A DNA stretch of 64,000 nt from Erysipelotrichaceae bacterium (lineage in GTDB: Bacteria; Bacillota_I; Bacilli_A; Erysipelotrichales; Erysipelotrichaceae), in the NCBI GenBank assembly GCA_045540935.1, contig JAZQIF010000117.1:875-64874 (forward strand), given 5' to 3'. The notes beneath the pieces are model-generated. The model had not been told where the DNA came from. It did no database searches and saw nothing but the letters and a program-made list of their open reading frames with translations. The translations under genes were made by a program, and so were the position numbers. This document shows positions 19,339-27,871 of the stretch, piece after piece. Each line of letters begins with the position of its first letter. Position 1 is the first letter of the stretch.

Positions 19339-19757
19339 TGGAAACACTCAGCGAATATATCGAGCACTATTACACCAAAGAGAATTACAACTGTTCCGAA
19401 GCCATCATCCAGGCTGCCAATGCCTGCTATGATCTGGGCATCAGCAGGGAAGACATGAAAATGTTCGGAGGTTTCGGTTCGGGCATCTATGCGGGACTGG
19501 TCTGCGGGTCGCTTGTGGCCGGCGCAGCCGTCTTATCCAAGATGGTGGTCAAGGAAAAAGCGAGAGAAGAACAGGACAGCGTCCGCCCGGTCATCAACGG
19601 ATTTGTCCGGAATTTCCGACAGATCCTCGAGGGGACAAACTGTGCGGAGCTCAGACCGAAGTACTATACGAAGGAAGCCTCCTGTCTCAAGACCGTGATG
19701 CTGGCGGGGGAAGCCTTACAGATGAGCATCGAAAAATTGAAGGAAGAGAGTATGTGA
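19338..19757 (+). CDS. C_GCAxxG_C_C family protein (putative redox-active)
   Basis: Conserved Cys pattern: NCSEAI...GLVCGSLVAG...NCAEL...CLKTV. TAATG overlap with gdhA. Confidence 0.55.
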   Translation: METLSEYIEHYYTKENYNCSEAIIQAANACYDLGISREDMKMFGGFGSGIYAGLVCGSLVAGAAVLSKMVVKEKAREEQDSVRPVINGFVRNFRQILEGTNCAELRPKYYTKEASCLKTVMLAGEALQMSIEKLKEESM

Positions 19758-19772
19758 AGACATACTCTTTTT
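19747..19772 (+). terminator. intrinsic terminator
   Basis: 9-bp stem AGAGTATGT-gaag-ACATACTCT plus TTTT. It overlaps the stop codon at 19755-19757. Confidence 0.75.
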
Positions 19773-19808
19773 GTATAATAGAATCAGATATGAGAAGGAG
19801 ATCATCCT

Positions 19809-21143
19809 ATGAAACTCAATTATAAACGTACTTTTCTGGTGGGCCTGGCGTTCCTTTCGATCTGCGCTTTCTGGCAGATGTACGACAATGTCGTGCCATT
19901 GATCCTGACCAATACTTTTCATCTGAACGAGACCTATTCCGGCGCCATCATGGCTGCCGATAATATCCTGGCACTCTTCCTTCTGCCGTTTTTCGGTTCG
20001 CTTTCCGATAAGACCGAAACGAAGATCGGCAAGCGCATGCCTTACATCCTTTTTGGTACCGGGGCAGCTGTCATATTGATGAACATTCTGCCGTTTCTCG
20101 ACAATGGATATTTCCGTGAACCAAATCAGTTCAAACTGATCAGCTTCGTCATCGTACTGGGCTTATTGCTGGTAGCGATGGGTACCTACCGTTCTCCGGC
20201 TGTCGCTCTGATGCCGGATGTCACACCGAAACCATTGCGCTCGAAAGCCAATGCCATCATCAACCTGATGGGTGCCATCGGTGGTATCATCTATCTGGCG
20301 ATCGCTGCACTTTTATATCCGAATTCCAAGACAGTCGGCGCAGCTCATGTCGATTATCAGATCTTATTCGTTGTCGTCTCCTCGATCATGTTTCTGGCAG
20401 TCGGTCTGCTCTATCTGTTCGTCAAGGAACCGCAGCTGGTCTATGAAAACAAGATCCTGGAAGCCGAACATCCGGAATGGAACCTTTCCGAAGATGACGG
20501 TTCCGGACATGAAAAACTGCCGGATGATGTCAAACGTTCCCTGTATTTCTTACTGGCGTCGATCGCCTTATGGTTCATCGGCTATAACGGCGTCACGACT
20601 TGGTTTACGACCTATGTCTCCGTCGTCATGGGACAGGGGCTGGGCGGTGCATCCACCTGTCTGCTGGTCGCGACTGCCGGTGCCATCGTTTCCTATATCC
20701 CGATCGGCAGCCTGGCTTCAAAGATCGGACGCAAGCGCACGATCAAAGGCGGCATCGTCCTTCTTTCACTGATGTTTGCCTTAGGCTTTGTGCTTACGAA
20801 CATCTTCAAGTCGATCAACTTCATCATGTACGTCTCTTTCGCACTGGTCGGTCTGGCCTGGGCAGCGATCAATGTCAACTCGCTTCCGATGGTCGTCGAG
20901 ATGTGCAAGGGTTCCGATATCGGAAAATTTACCGGCTATTACTATACGGCATCCATGGCTGCCCAGATCGTCACACCGATCTTAGCGGGCACCTTGATGC
21001 GTCTGATCTCCTATAAGATCTTATTCATCTATTCGGCATTCTTCGTCTTACTGTCCTTCGTGACGATGTCACAGGTCAGACACGGTGACCAGAAGGTCGA
21101 AGCAAAAAAAGGCCTGGAAGCCTTTGAAAACATGGATGACTGA
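19809..21143 (+). CDS. MFS transporter (SLC45/GPH-like)
   Basis: 444 aa, about 12 TM helices, with the DKTETKIGKRMPY loop motif after TM2. Confidence 0.75.
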   Translation: MKLNYKRTFLVGLAFLSICAFWQMYDNVVPLILTNTFHLNETYSGAIMAADNILALFLLPFFGSLSDKTETKIGKRMPYILFGTGAAVILMNILPFLDNGYFREPNQFKLISFVIVLGLLLVAMGTYRSPAVALMPDVTPKPLRSKANAIINLMGAIGGIIYLAIAALLYPNSKTVGAAHVDYQILFVVVSSIMFLAVGLLYLFVKEPQLVYENKILEAEHPEWNLSEDDGSGHEKLPDDVKRSLYFLLASIALWFIGYNGVTTWFTTYVSVVMGQGLGGASTCLLVATAGAIVSYIPIGSLASKIGRKRTIKGGIVLLSLMFALGFVLTNIFKSINFIMYVSFALVGLAWAAINVNSLPMVVEMCKGSDIGKFTGYYYTASMAAQIVTPILAGTLMRLISYKILFIYSAFFVLLSFVTMSQVRHGDQKVEAKKGLEAFENMDD

Positions 21144-21149
21144 TCATTG

Positions 21150-21172
21150 ACCGGGAAATATCCCGGTTTTTT
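21150..21172 (+). terminator. intrinsic terminator
   Basis: ACCGGGA-aata-TCCCGGT followed by TTTTT. Confidence 0.75.
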
Positions 21173-21672
21173 CATTTATACAGAAGCTCTTCTTTTCTGA
21201 AGAAAGCCTTGTGCTTCAGCAGGAAAGAACCAAACAGCTCGCCCAGGACATAGGACCCCAGGAATTCGCCTGCAGCGATATAGATCATCAGCAAGCCGAT
21301 GGGAAGTTCGACCCCGTAACAGCAGCGCAGGATGAAAGGAATGATCAGGCTATTGGCAATGATCGAAGGGACCGGCACCAGCCAGCGCTCATGACGAAAC
21401 TTATAGCCAAAATACGCCCCGACCAGAGTGGCCAGCGAGCCGAAAAGCGTATCCATGAACAAGGCTCCGCTGAAGAGGTTGCCTAAAAGACAGCCGATGA
21501 AAAGGCCTGGTATCGCGGCACTTGTAAACATCGGCAGGATATTGAGCGCTTCGGCGATCCTGACCTGTACCGCCGAAAAAGAGATCGGCGAGAATACGAT
21601 CGTAAGCGCGGCATACAGGGCTGCAATGACGGAAGCCATAGCGATGTAATAGATCCTTGAACGGGAATGCAT
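21172..21672 (-). CDS. queT: queuosine-precursor transporter QueT (ECF S-component-like)
   Basis: IAALYAALTIVFSPISFSAVQVRIAEALNILP and the following glycine-rich helices match the QueT family as I remember it. The start could instead be the internal Met at 21639. Confidence 0.65.
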   Translation of the reverse strand: MHSRSRIYYIAMASVIAALYAALTIVFSPISFSAVQVRIAEALNILPMFTSAAIPGLFIGCLLGNLFSGALFMDTLFGSLATLVGAYFGYKFRHERWLVPVPSIIANSLIIPFILRCCYGVELPIGLLMIYIAAGEFLGSYVLGELFGSFLLKHKAFFRKEELLYK

Positions 21673-21706
21673 ACTTCTTAATCATACCACCCGGGAACCC
21701 TGACCA

Positions 21707-21715
21707 TGATACAAT
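21707..21715 (+). promoter_or_regulatory. extended -10 element (TGaTACAAT) for arcA
   Basis: Lies about 20 nt upstream of the arcA ATG. No good -35 element is visible. Confidence 0.4.
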
Positions 21716-21735
21716 GTAGGTGAGGTTTTTAGTAT

Positions 21736-22950
21736 ATGCATAATGAGATCAATGTATTCAGTGAGATCGCTCCTTTGAAGACTGTGCTTCTGCACCGGCC
21801 GGGAAAGGAGCTTTTGAATCTGACTCCGGATACCCTGCAGCAGCTTCTTTTCGATGACATCCCGTTTCTGAAGGTCGCTGCCGGGGAACACGATATCTTC
21901 GCCAGGATATTGAAAGACAACGGGGCGCAGGTCCTGTATCTGGAAGACCTGATGAGGGAAGTACTGGATGAGCAGGAAGTCAAAGAGAAGTTCATCCGTC
22001 AGTTCATCGAAGAGGGCTGTGCGGACCGCAGGTATCATGAGGCTTTGTTTTCCTATCTGAATTCTCTGGACAACAACATGGAACTGGTCCTTCGTTCCAT
22101 GGAAGGCATCAAATACAAACAGATCGATGCCGGTGTGAAGGAATCGCTGTCCGATCTGGCCGGCGAAAACAACAACATGCTGATGGCACCGATGCCCAAT
22201 CTTTATTTCACCAGGGATCCTTTTGCGGTGGTCGGCAACGGCGTGAGTCTGAACCGGATGTATTTCGAGACCCGCAGAAGGGAGACCATTTATGGCGAAT
22301 ACATCTTCAGGTATCATCCGCGCTTCAAAGATGCGAAATTGTATTATGACCGCTATGCGCCATATCACATCGAAGGCGGCGATATCCTCAATCTCAACGA
22401 AGAGACGATCGCCATCGGCATCTCACAAAGGACCGAAGCCAATGCCATAGAATTCCTGGCCAAGCACATCTTCCGTGATGAAGAAAGTCCTTTGAAGAGG
22501 ATCCTGGCCTTTTCGATACCGAAGGATCGTTCCTTCATGCATCTGGATACGGTCTTCACCCAGATCGACTATGACAAATTCACCATCCATCCTTTGATCA
22601 ATGACCGGCTGAGAGTCTTTTCTCTGGAAAGGAAGGATGACGATACGTTCAATATCTCCAGGATCGATGAAGATCTCGATAAGATCCTGGCAAGACAGCT
22701 GAAACTGGAAAGGTGCGAACTCATACGCTGCGGAGGCGACGATCATATCGCTTCGCAAAGGGAACAGTGGAACGATGGTTCCAATACGCTTTGTATCGCA
22801 CCGGGAAAGATCTTAGTCTATGAGCGCAATGAGATCACCAATAAACTGCTGGAATCCTACGGCGTCGAGGTCCTGACCATGCCGAGCTCCGAACTTTCAA
22901 GGGGACGCGGCGGACCGCGATGCATGTCAATGCCGTTAGTAAGGAAATAA
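21736..22950 (+). CDS. arcA: arginine deiminase
   Basis: N-terminal INVFSEIAPLKTVLLHRPG, FTRDPF, and a C-terminal GGPRCMSMPL containing the catalytic Cys. Confidence 0.92.
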   Translation: MHNEINVFSEIAPLKTVLLHRPGKELLNLTPDTLQQLLFDDIPFLKVAAGEHDIFARILKDNGAQVLYLEDLMREVLDEQEVKEKFIRQFIEEGCADRRYHEALFSYLNSLDNNMELVLRSMEGIKYKQIDAGVKESLSDLAGENNNMLMAPMPNLYFTRDPFAVVGNGVSLNRMYFETRRRETIYGEYIFRYHPRFKDAKLYYDRYAPYHIEGGDILNLNEETIAIGISQRTEANAIEFLAKHIFRDEESPLKRILAFSIPKDRSFMHLDTVFTQIDYDKFTIHPLINDRLRVFSLERKDDDTFNISRIDEDLDKILARQLKLERCELIRCGGDDHIASQREQWNDGSNTLCIAPGKILVYERNEITNKLLESYGVEVLTMPSSELSRGRGGPRCMSMPLVRK

Positions 22951-22960
22951 GGGGGTAACT

Positions 22961-23965
22961 ATGGAACTGAAAGGCAGAAGTTTTCTTAAATTACTGGATT
23001 ATTCAACGGAAGAGATCGAATATCTTCTCGATCTCTCCGCGCGATTCAAAAAGCTGAAAAAGGAAGGAAAGCCACACCGTTATCTGGAAGGAAAAAACAT
23101 CGTCCTGCTGTTTGAAAAGACATCGACCAGGACCAGATGTTCCTTTGAAACGGCGGGTCATGATCTGGGCATGGGCGTCACGTATCTGGATGCCCAATCC
23201 TCGCAGATGGGTCACAAGGAATCGATCGCCGATACCGCCAGAGTCTTGGGCAGGATCTACGACTGCATCGAATACCGCGGCTATGGCCAGGACATCGTCG
23301 AAAAGCTTGCCGAGTATTCCGGCGTTCCGGTATTCAACGGCCTGACCGACGAATTCCATCCGACGCAGATGCTGGCAGATGTCTTGACGGTCAAGGAACA
23401 CTTCGGTGACTACAAGGGCAGAAAGCTCGTCTTCATGGGCGATGCGAGAAACAACGTCGCCAATTCTCTGATGGTGGTTTGTGCAAAGCTGGGGATCGAT
23501 TTCGTTGCCTGCGCACCGAAAGAGAACTTCCCGGAAGAAGGACTCGTCAATACCTGTAAAAAGATCGCGGAAGAAAATCATTGCCAGATCTCTTTGATCA
23601 GCGATGTTAAAGAAGCTTTGAAGGATGCCGATGTCATCTATACGGACATCTGGGTATCGATGGGTGAACCGAAAGAATTATGGGCAAAACGTATCGAACT
23701 GTTGAGTCCTTACCAGGTCGATAAACAAGCCATGTCCTACGCGAAGAAGGATGCGATCTTCTTACATTGTCTGCCGTCTTTCCATGATCTCAACACCAAG
23801 GTCGGTCAGCAGATCTATGAACAGTTCGGTCTCAAAGAGATGGAAGTGACCGACGAAGTCTTTGAATCGGAACAGTCCAAAGTCTTCGACGAAGCGGAGA
23901 ACCGCATGCATACGATCAAGGCAGTCATCTATTCCGCCTTGGCAGATAAGGATGAGACCGTATAG
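22961..23965 (+). CDS. arcB: ornithine carbamoyltransferase (catabolic context)
   Basis: STRTRCSFE, HPTQ and HCLP motifs. 334 aa. Confidence 0.92.
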   Translation: MELKGRSFLKLLDYSTEEIEYLLDLSARFKKLKKEGKPHRYLEGKNIVLLFEKTSTRTRCSFETAGHDLGMGVTYLDAQSSQMGHKESIADTARVLGRIYDCIEYRGYGQDIVEKLAEYSGVPVFNGLTDEFHPTQMLADVLTVKEHFGDYKGRKLVFMGDARNNVANSLMVVCAKLGIDFVACAPKENFPEEGLVNTCKKIAEENHCQISLISDVKEALKDADVIYTDIWVSMGEPKELWAKRIELLSPYQVDKQAMSYAKKDAIFLHCLPSFHDLNTKVGQQIYEQFGLKEMEVTDEVFESEQSKVFDEAENRMHTIKAVIYSALADKDETV

Positions 23966-24881
23966 AAAGATCGTCATCTCTTTAGGCGGCAATGCCTTGG
24001 GCTATGACCCAAAGAAGCAGACAGAGAATATACGGAAAGCCGTCATACCGATCGTCGATCTTATCGAAGAAGGCCATGATGTCGTTATATGTCACGGCAA
24101 CGGTCCGCAGGTCGGACTGATCGACGAGGCATTTGAAAATTCAAAGAAACATAACGATACGCCTTTCATGCCGCTGTGTGAATGCGGCGCGATGTCGCAG
24201 GGCTACATCGGCTATGAGCTTGAACAGGCCCTGAACAACGAGTTAAGAAGGCGGAATATCGCAAAGACCTGTGTGACGATACTGAGCGAAACGCTGGTCG
24301 ATGAAAATGATGAGGCCTTTGCCGATCCGCACAAGCCGATCGGACGCTATTGCAGCCTTCAGGAGAAACTGCTTCTGGAAAAAGAAAGAGGCTATCTCTT
24401 CAAGATGATACAGGGCAAAGGTTACCGGCGTCTTGTCGCTTCCCCGAAACCCAGGAAGATCTTGCAGACCGAAGCGATCGCAAAGCTCATGAAAGAACAC
24501 ATCGTCATCTGCGGCGGGGGAGGCGGTATCCCGGTCATCGAAAAAGACGGCATGCTTCAAGGTGTGGATGCCGTCGTGGATAAGGACTTAAGTTCCGCTC
24601 TGATCGCCTCAGACATCGATGCCGATCTTCTGATGATCCTGATGGAAGAAGACTATGTCTGTCTTGATTTCGGCAAGGAAAGTCAGAGGGATCTCAAGCG
24701 GGTAAGTGTGAAGCAACTAGAGACATATCTGCAAGAAGGACAGTTTCCTGCCGGAAGCATGTATCCCAAGGTCAGAGCCTGCATCGATTTTGTCAGAGAG
24801 GACAAAGAAGCGATCATCACGTCGCTTGATCTCGCCCTTGTTTCACTTACGGAAGATAAGGGGACCCATATCACAAAATAA
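23952..24881 (+). CDS. arcC: carbamate kinase
   Basis: MRPYRKIVISLGGNALG...CHGNGPQVG. The start is chosen at 23952 and overlaps the arcB stop by 14 nt. The upstream extension from 23862 lies inside arcB in another frame. Confidence 0.88.
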   Translation: MRPYRKIVISLGGNALGYDPKKQTENIRKAVIPIVDLIEEGHDVVICHGNGPQVGLIDEAFENSKKHNDTPFMPLCECGAMSQGYIGYELEQALNNELRRRNIAKTCVTILSETLVDENDEAFADPHKPIGRYCSLQEKLLLEKERGYLFKMIQGKGYRRLVASPKPRKILQTEAIAKLMKEHIVICGGGGGIPVIEKDGMLQGVDAVVDKDLSSALIASDIDADLLMILMEEDYVCLDFGKESQRDLKRVSVKQLETYLQEGQFPAGSMYPKVRACIDFVREDKEAIITSLDLALVSLTEDKGTHITK

Positions 24882-24913
24882 AAAAGAGAAATGTCATTGC
24901 GACATTTCTTTTT
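24879..24913. terminator. bidirectional intrinsic terminator between convergent genes
   Basis: A-run, GAAATGTC-attgc-GACATTTC, T-run. Confidence 0.75.
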
Positions 24914-25997
24914 AGTCGAGTGCTTTGTCCAGTGTGGAAACGAAATCCTGTACGTTAGTGATGATGGATTTCGCCGACAGTGATCCGCGGTCCGCCAGCT
25001 TGTTGGCGGTGAATTCGGAGATATCGACACAATAGAAATAGACCTGACGCATCTTTCCGTATCGGTCGATGCGGTAGGACGGGGTCATGTTGCCTACGGC
25101 GATCGAGTGTAACATCGTTGCCATACAGATGACGGTCGTGGCTTCCCGGATCTGATCGCGCATCGCTTCCTGGGCCTCGTAGACATCGCCATAGACGCAA
25201 GGTAGTGGACCATCATCCCTGATCGATCCGCCCAGGACATATGGGATATGGTTCTTCTCGCAGGCATAGATGATGCCGTTATCGATCTTTTCTTCTTCGA
25301 TGAACTTCGCAACACTGCCATATCTCCTTACGGCATTGAGCGTATCGAGATGATTGTAGTGGCCGTTCGGCATGGATTGCTGGGTGTAGATGTCCTGACC
25401 TAAGGCAGTCTTTAAGTAGGAACCTTCCAGGTCATGAGTAGCCAGGGCGTTGCCGGCCAGCAAGGCATGGACATAGCCTTTTTTGACCAGTGAGGCAAAG
25501 GCATCTTTGGAGTCCTTATCGAAGGCGACGGCCGGTCCTAAGACCCAGACGATCTTGCCGTGCTTCTTGTCGTGTTTCAGGACTTCATAGAGCTCATCGT
25601 AGTCCTTGGAGAAGGCTGTCTCTCTGCTGCGGTTGAGACGGAAGGCGAAGACGTCGTTTTCGTTTTCGGTCTCTTTGAAACCGTTGGCGTGGACATAGAT
25701 GCCTTCTTCGCAGTTCTCGCTGCGGCCGCAGATGATCAGATCATCTTTGACGATATTGCGGAATTCGATGACTTTGACCTCACCTTCCCTGTATGCCGCG
25801 ACGCAGTCCATGCGGCTTTCTTTGGCCAGCAGCCATTTTCCGTCGATCTTGAAGTATTCCGGGAAGATCGACATGGCATGATAGCCTTCCGGGGCGACTT
25901 TATCTTTTTCCGCTCTTACGAGTTTTACATCCGGAGCATCGATAAACTTGTCTTGTGTAAAATCAGGTTCATAGTATTGGCGTAATTGAAAATTCAT
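24912..25997 (-). CDS. TIGR00300-like protein (LOR/SDH-related; AgrE/ArgZ C-domain and archaeal-type ornithine cyclodeaminase-like)
   Basis: The blocks VLGPAV...GYVHALLAGNALATHD...GGSIRDDGPLP...MATMLHSIAVGNM match my recollection of the TIGR00300 family core. The assignment is from memory and needs an HMM check. Confidence 0.5.
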   Translation of the reverse strand: MNFQLRQYYEPDFTQDKFIDAPDVKLVRAEKDKVAPEGYHAMSIFPEYFKIDGKWLLAKESRMDCVAAYREGEVKVIEFRNIVKDDLIICGRSENCEEGIYVHANGFKETENENDVFAFRLNRSRETAFSKDYDELYEVLKHDKKHGKIVWVLGPAVAFDKDSKDAFASLVKKGYVHALLAGNALATHDLEGSYLKTALGQDIYTQQSMPNGHYNHLDTLNAVRRYGSVAKFIEEEKIDNGIIYACEKNHIPYVLGGSIRDDGPLPCVYGDVYEAQEAMRDQIREATTVICMATMLHSIAVGNMTPSYRIDRYGKMRQVYFYCVDISEFTANKLADRGSLSAKSIITNVQDFVSTLDKALD

Positions 25998-26025
25998 AAT
26001 GGTCCTCTTCTCTACTCAAAGGATA

Positions 26026-26039
26026 TCACATCGATGTGA
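26026..26039. promoter_or_regulatory. perfect 14-bp palindrome TCACATCGATGTGA upstream of the TIGR00300-like gene
   Basis: Lies about 30 nt upstream of the minus-strand start at 25997. The half-sites are TGTGA/TCACA-like. Confidence 0.3.
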
Positions 26040-26048
26040 CAAAGAAGT

Positions 26049-26071
26049 TAAAAAAAGGATCTTATCGATCC
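26049..26071 (-). terminator. intrinsic terminator of the Nudix-GtrA operon
   Basis: The minus strand reads GGATC-gataa-GATCC followed by T7. It overlaps the GtrA stop. Confidence 0.65.
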
Positions 26072-26460
26072 TGATGCAGCGTGTCTTTGAACACGTAGTA
26101 TTTCTGATAGAAGAACTCGGTCACCAGATTCACCAGCATGTTGAGTATCGTGACCAGATAATCGTTCATATGTAATGTGCCGGTCAGATAGTTTCCGATG
26201 TAGGTGGAAAGCGGTGTGAAGACCAGGTAATAGACAAAGACCTTGGCCATCGCGACCGGAACGTTGGATGCCGACTTGAACGTGAAGTTGCGGTTGAGTG
26301 TGAAGTTCCAAAGGACCGACAGGATCAGCGAGATCAGATAGCTTGGCCACCATGGCAGATGGACAAGATCATGAAGCAAGGCAAAGCTGCCTAACTGTAT
26401 GATGCCTGCCGAGAGCGAAAACAGAGTGAATTTGATGGTCTGCAGAAGATCTTTATTCAT
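26062..26460 (-). CDS. GtrA family membrane protein
   Basis: Four TM helices and the NFTLNRNFTFK motif. The start is chosen at MNKDLL; the ORF is open to 26484. Confidence 0.75.
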   Translation of the reverse strand: MNKDLLQTIKFTLFSLSAGIIQLGSFALLHDLVHLPWWPSYLISLILSVLWNFTLNRNFTFKSASNVPVAMAKVFVYYLVFTPLSTYIGNYLTGTLHMNDYLVTILNMLVNLVTEFFYQKYYVFKDTLHQDR

Positions 26461-26866
26461 GATGTCCCCCTTGAAGATAGGCATTTGCCTTAGCCAGCAC
26501 TTCTTTCATGTTGTCAAAGCTCAGGATATCCATCGCTTCTTCGTATGGAAGCAATCGGATCTCATCGACTTCCTCCGGCTGTTTTACCGGCGTCTGGTCC
26601 CTGTAATATCCAAGGAAATAGACGGAAGTCTTTAAGATGCCGTTGGGCATGACGTACTTGAGATCTTCCCGGAACCCGGGATCCAGCATGATATCGATGC
26701 CGGTCTCTTCCTTGATCTCACGGACGGCTGCTTCCAAAAGTGTCTCTTCATTTTCCAGGTGTCCTTTCGGGAAACCGTAGTTGCCATGGAAATCTTTGAT
26801 GACAAGATAAAGGATCGTATCGTTTTGTTTGGTATAGGTGATCGCACCTGCGGATATTTCAGACAT
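26453..26866 (-). CDS. NUDIX hydrolase
   Basis: Nudix box GFPKGHLENEETLLEAAVREIKEETG. Confidence 0.8.
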   Translation of the reverse strand: MSEISAGAITYTKQNDTILYLVIKDFHGNYGFPKGHLENEETLLEAAVREIKEETGIDIMLDPGFREDLKYVMPNGILKTSVYFLGYYRDQTPVKQPEEVDEIRLLPYEEAMDILSFDNMKEVLAKANAYLQGGHHE

Positions 26867-26968
26867 ACCTTGATTATAGTCTTTTTGAAAAATAAAGCCA
26901 AAAGTAAAATCGATGTCAAATCAATGCATAGCTTTAATATTTGTTTAAGATTGATTTAAAATAGGGAT

Positions 26969-27838
26969 ATGAAGCTTTTATTGCTGATCAATGCGCGTTC
27001 CGGATTGAAGAACTCCAAGGCAAACCTCTTGAAGGTCATCGACATTTTCTGTGCCCATGGCTATGAGGTGAGTGCCTATGTCACGCAGAAACACAACGAC
27101 GCCTACGAATATCTGGTGAAGAACAGAGTGAAATATGATGTAGTCTGTGTTTTCGGCGGCGATGGGACGATGAACGAAGTCAGCAATGCCCTGATGCGCA
27201 AGGAACATAAACCCTTGCTGGGCTATTTCCCAAGCGGGACGATGAATGACTTCGGTTCCAACTTCGATCTCGGGAATGATTTCGTGAAGATCGCGGAGAG
27301 GATCTGCGAAGGAAACATACGGGAATTCGATGTCGGAAAGATGAACGACCGCTATTTCAACTATGTGGCAGCCTTCGGTGCGATGTGCGATGTGCCGTTC
27401 ACGACCAACAGTGATGCCAAGGAAGCCTGGGGAAATATCGCCTACATCATGGAAGGCATCTCCAAGCTGCCGGAAGTCAAGATGCACAAGGTCCGCTATA
27501 CGATCGGCAGCCGCACCTATAAAAAGGATGTGCTCTTCGGTCTGATCTACTCAGGAAACCGGGTGGCCGGGATGGAACTGGAAGACAAGAAACGTTCCAG
27601 GATCGATGACGGCATGTTCAATGTGCTGATCGTCGATTATGTGCCGACCATTTTCAATGCGCCGGACTTACTGTCGACGATACTTCAGCAGGACAAGTTC
27701 ATCCACCGCTATCGATGCAAGGCCATCACCCTGGAATTTGAAGATGATGTGGCCTGGACGCTGGATGGCGAAGAGGCAAAGGTCAAAGACAAAGCGGAGA
27801 TCATCATAACAAATAAAGCACTCAGGATACTTGCCTGA
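26969..27838 (+). CDS. diacylglycerol/lipid kinase family protein (YegS/DagK-like)
   Basis: LLLINARSG...VVCVFGGDGTMNEV...GTMNDF motifs. Confidence 0.8.
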   Translation: MKLLLLINARSGLKNSKANLLKVIDIFCAHGYEVSAYVTQKHNDAYEYLVKNRVKYDVVCVFGGDGTMNEVSNALMRKEHKPLLGYFPSGTMNDFGSNFDLGNDFVKIAERICEGNIREFDVGKMNDRYFNYVAAFGAMCDVPFTTNSDAKEAWGNIAYIMEGISKLPEVKMHKVRYTIGSRTYKKDVLFGLIYSGNRVAGMELEDKKRSRIDDGMFNVLIVDYVPTIFNAPDLLSTILQQDKFIHRYRCKAITLEFEDDVAWTLDGEEAKVKDKAEIIITNKALRILA

Positions 27839-27871
27839 GCGCTTTTCATATCAATGTCTGTATATCGTCTC

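Noticed and set aside
21673-21735. Possible preQ1 riboswitch in the leader of queT. QueT genes are often preceded by preQ1-I or preQ1-II aptamers.
   Set aside because: The minus-strand leader (…CATGGTCAGGGTTCCCGGGTGGTATGATTAAGAAGTATG) contains a GGGTTC resembling the preQ1-I GGUUC core. I could not find the complementary P1 3' strand, the A-rich tail with CUA, or any preQ1-II-like pseudoknot. A covariance-model scan would be needed to be sure.
21682-22368. 228-aa minus-strand ORF overlapping arcA.
   Set aside because: arcA on the + strand has full-length, diagnostic arginine deiminase motifs. The antisense translation has no recognisable features and would run through the divergent promoter region.
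23862-23951. Longer arcC ORF starting at 23862.
   Set aside because: The extension lies within the 3' end of arcB in another frame and encodes an Arg/Ser/Pro-rich peptide. The conserved carbamate kinase N-terminus (KIVISLGGNALG) starts right after the Met at 23952.
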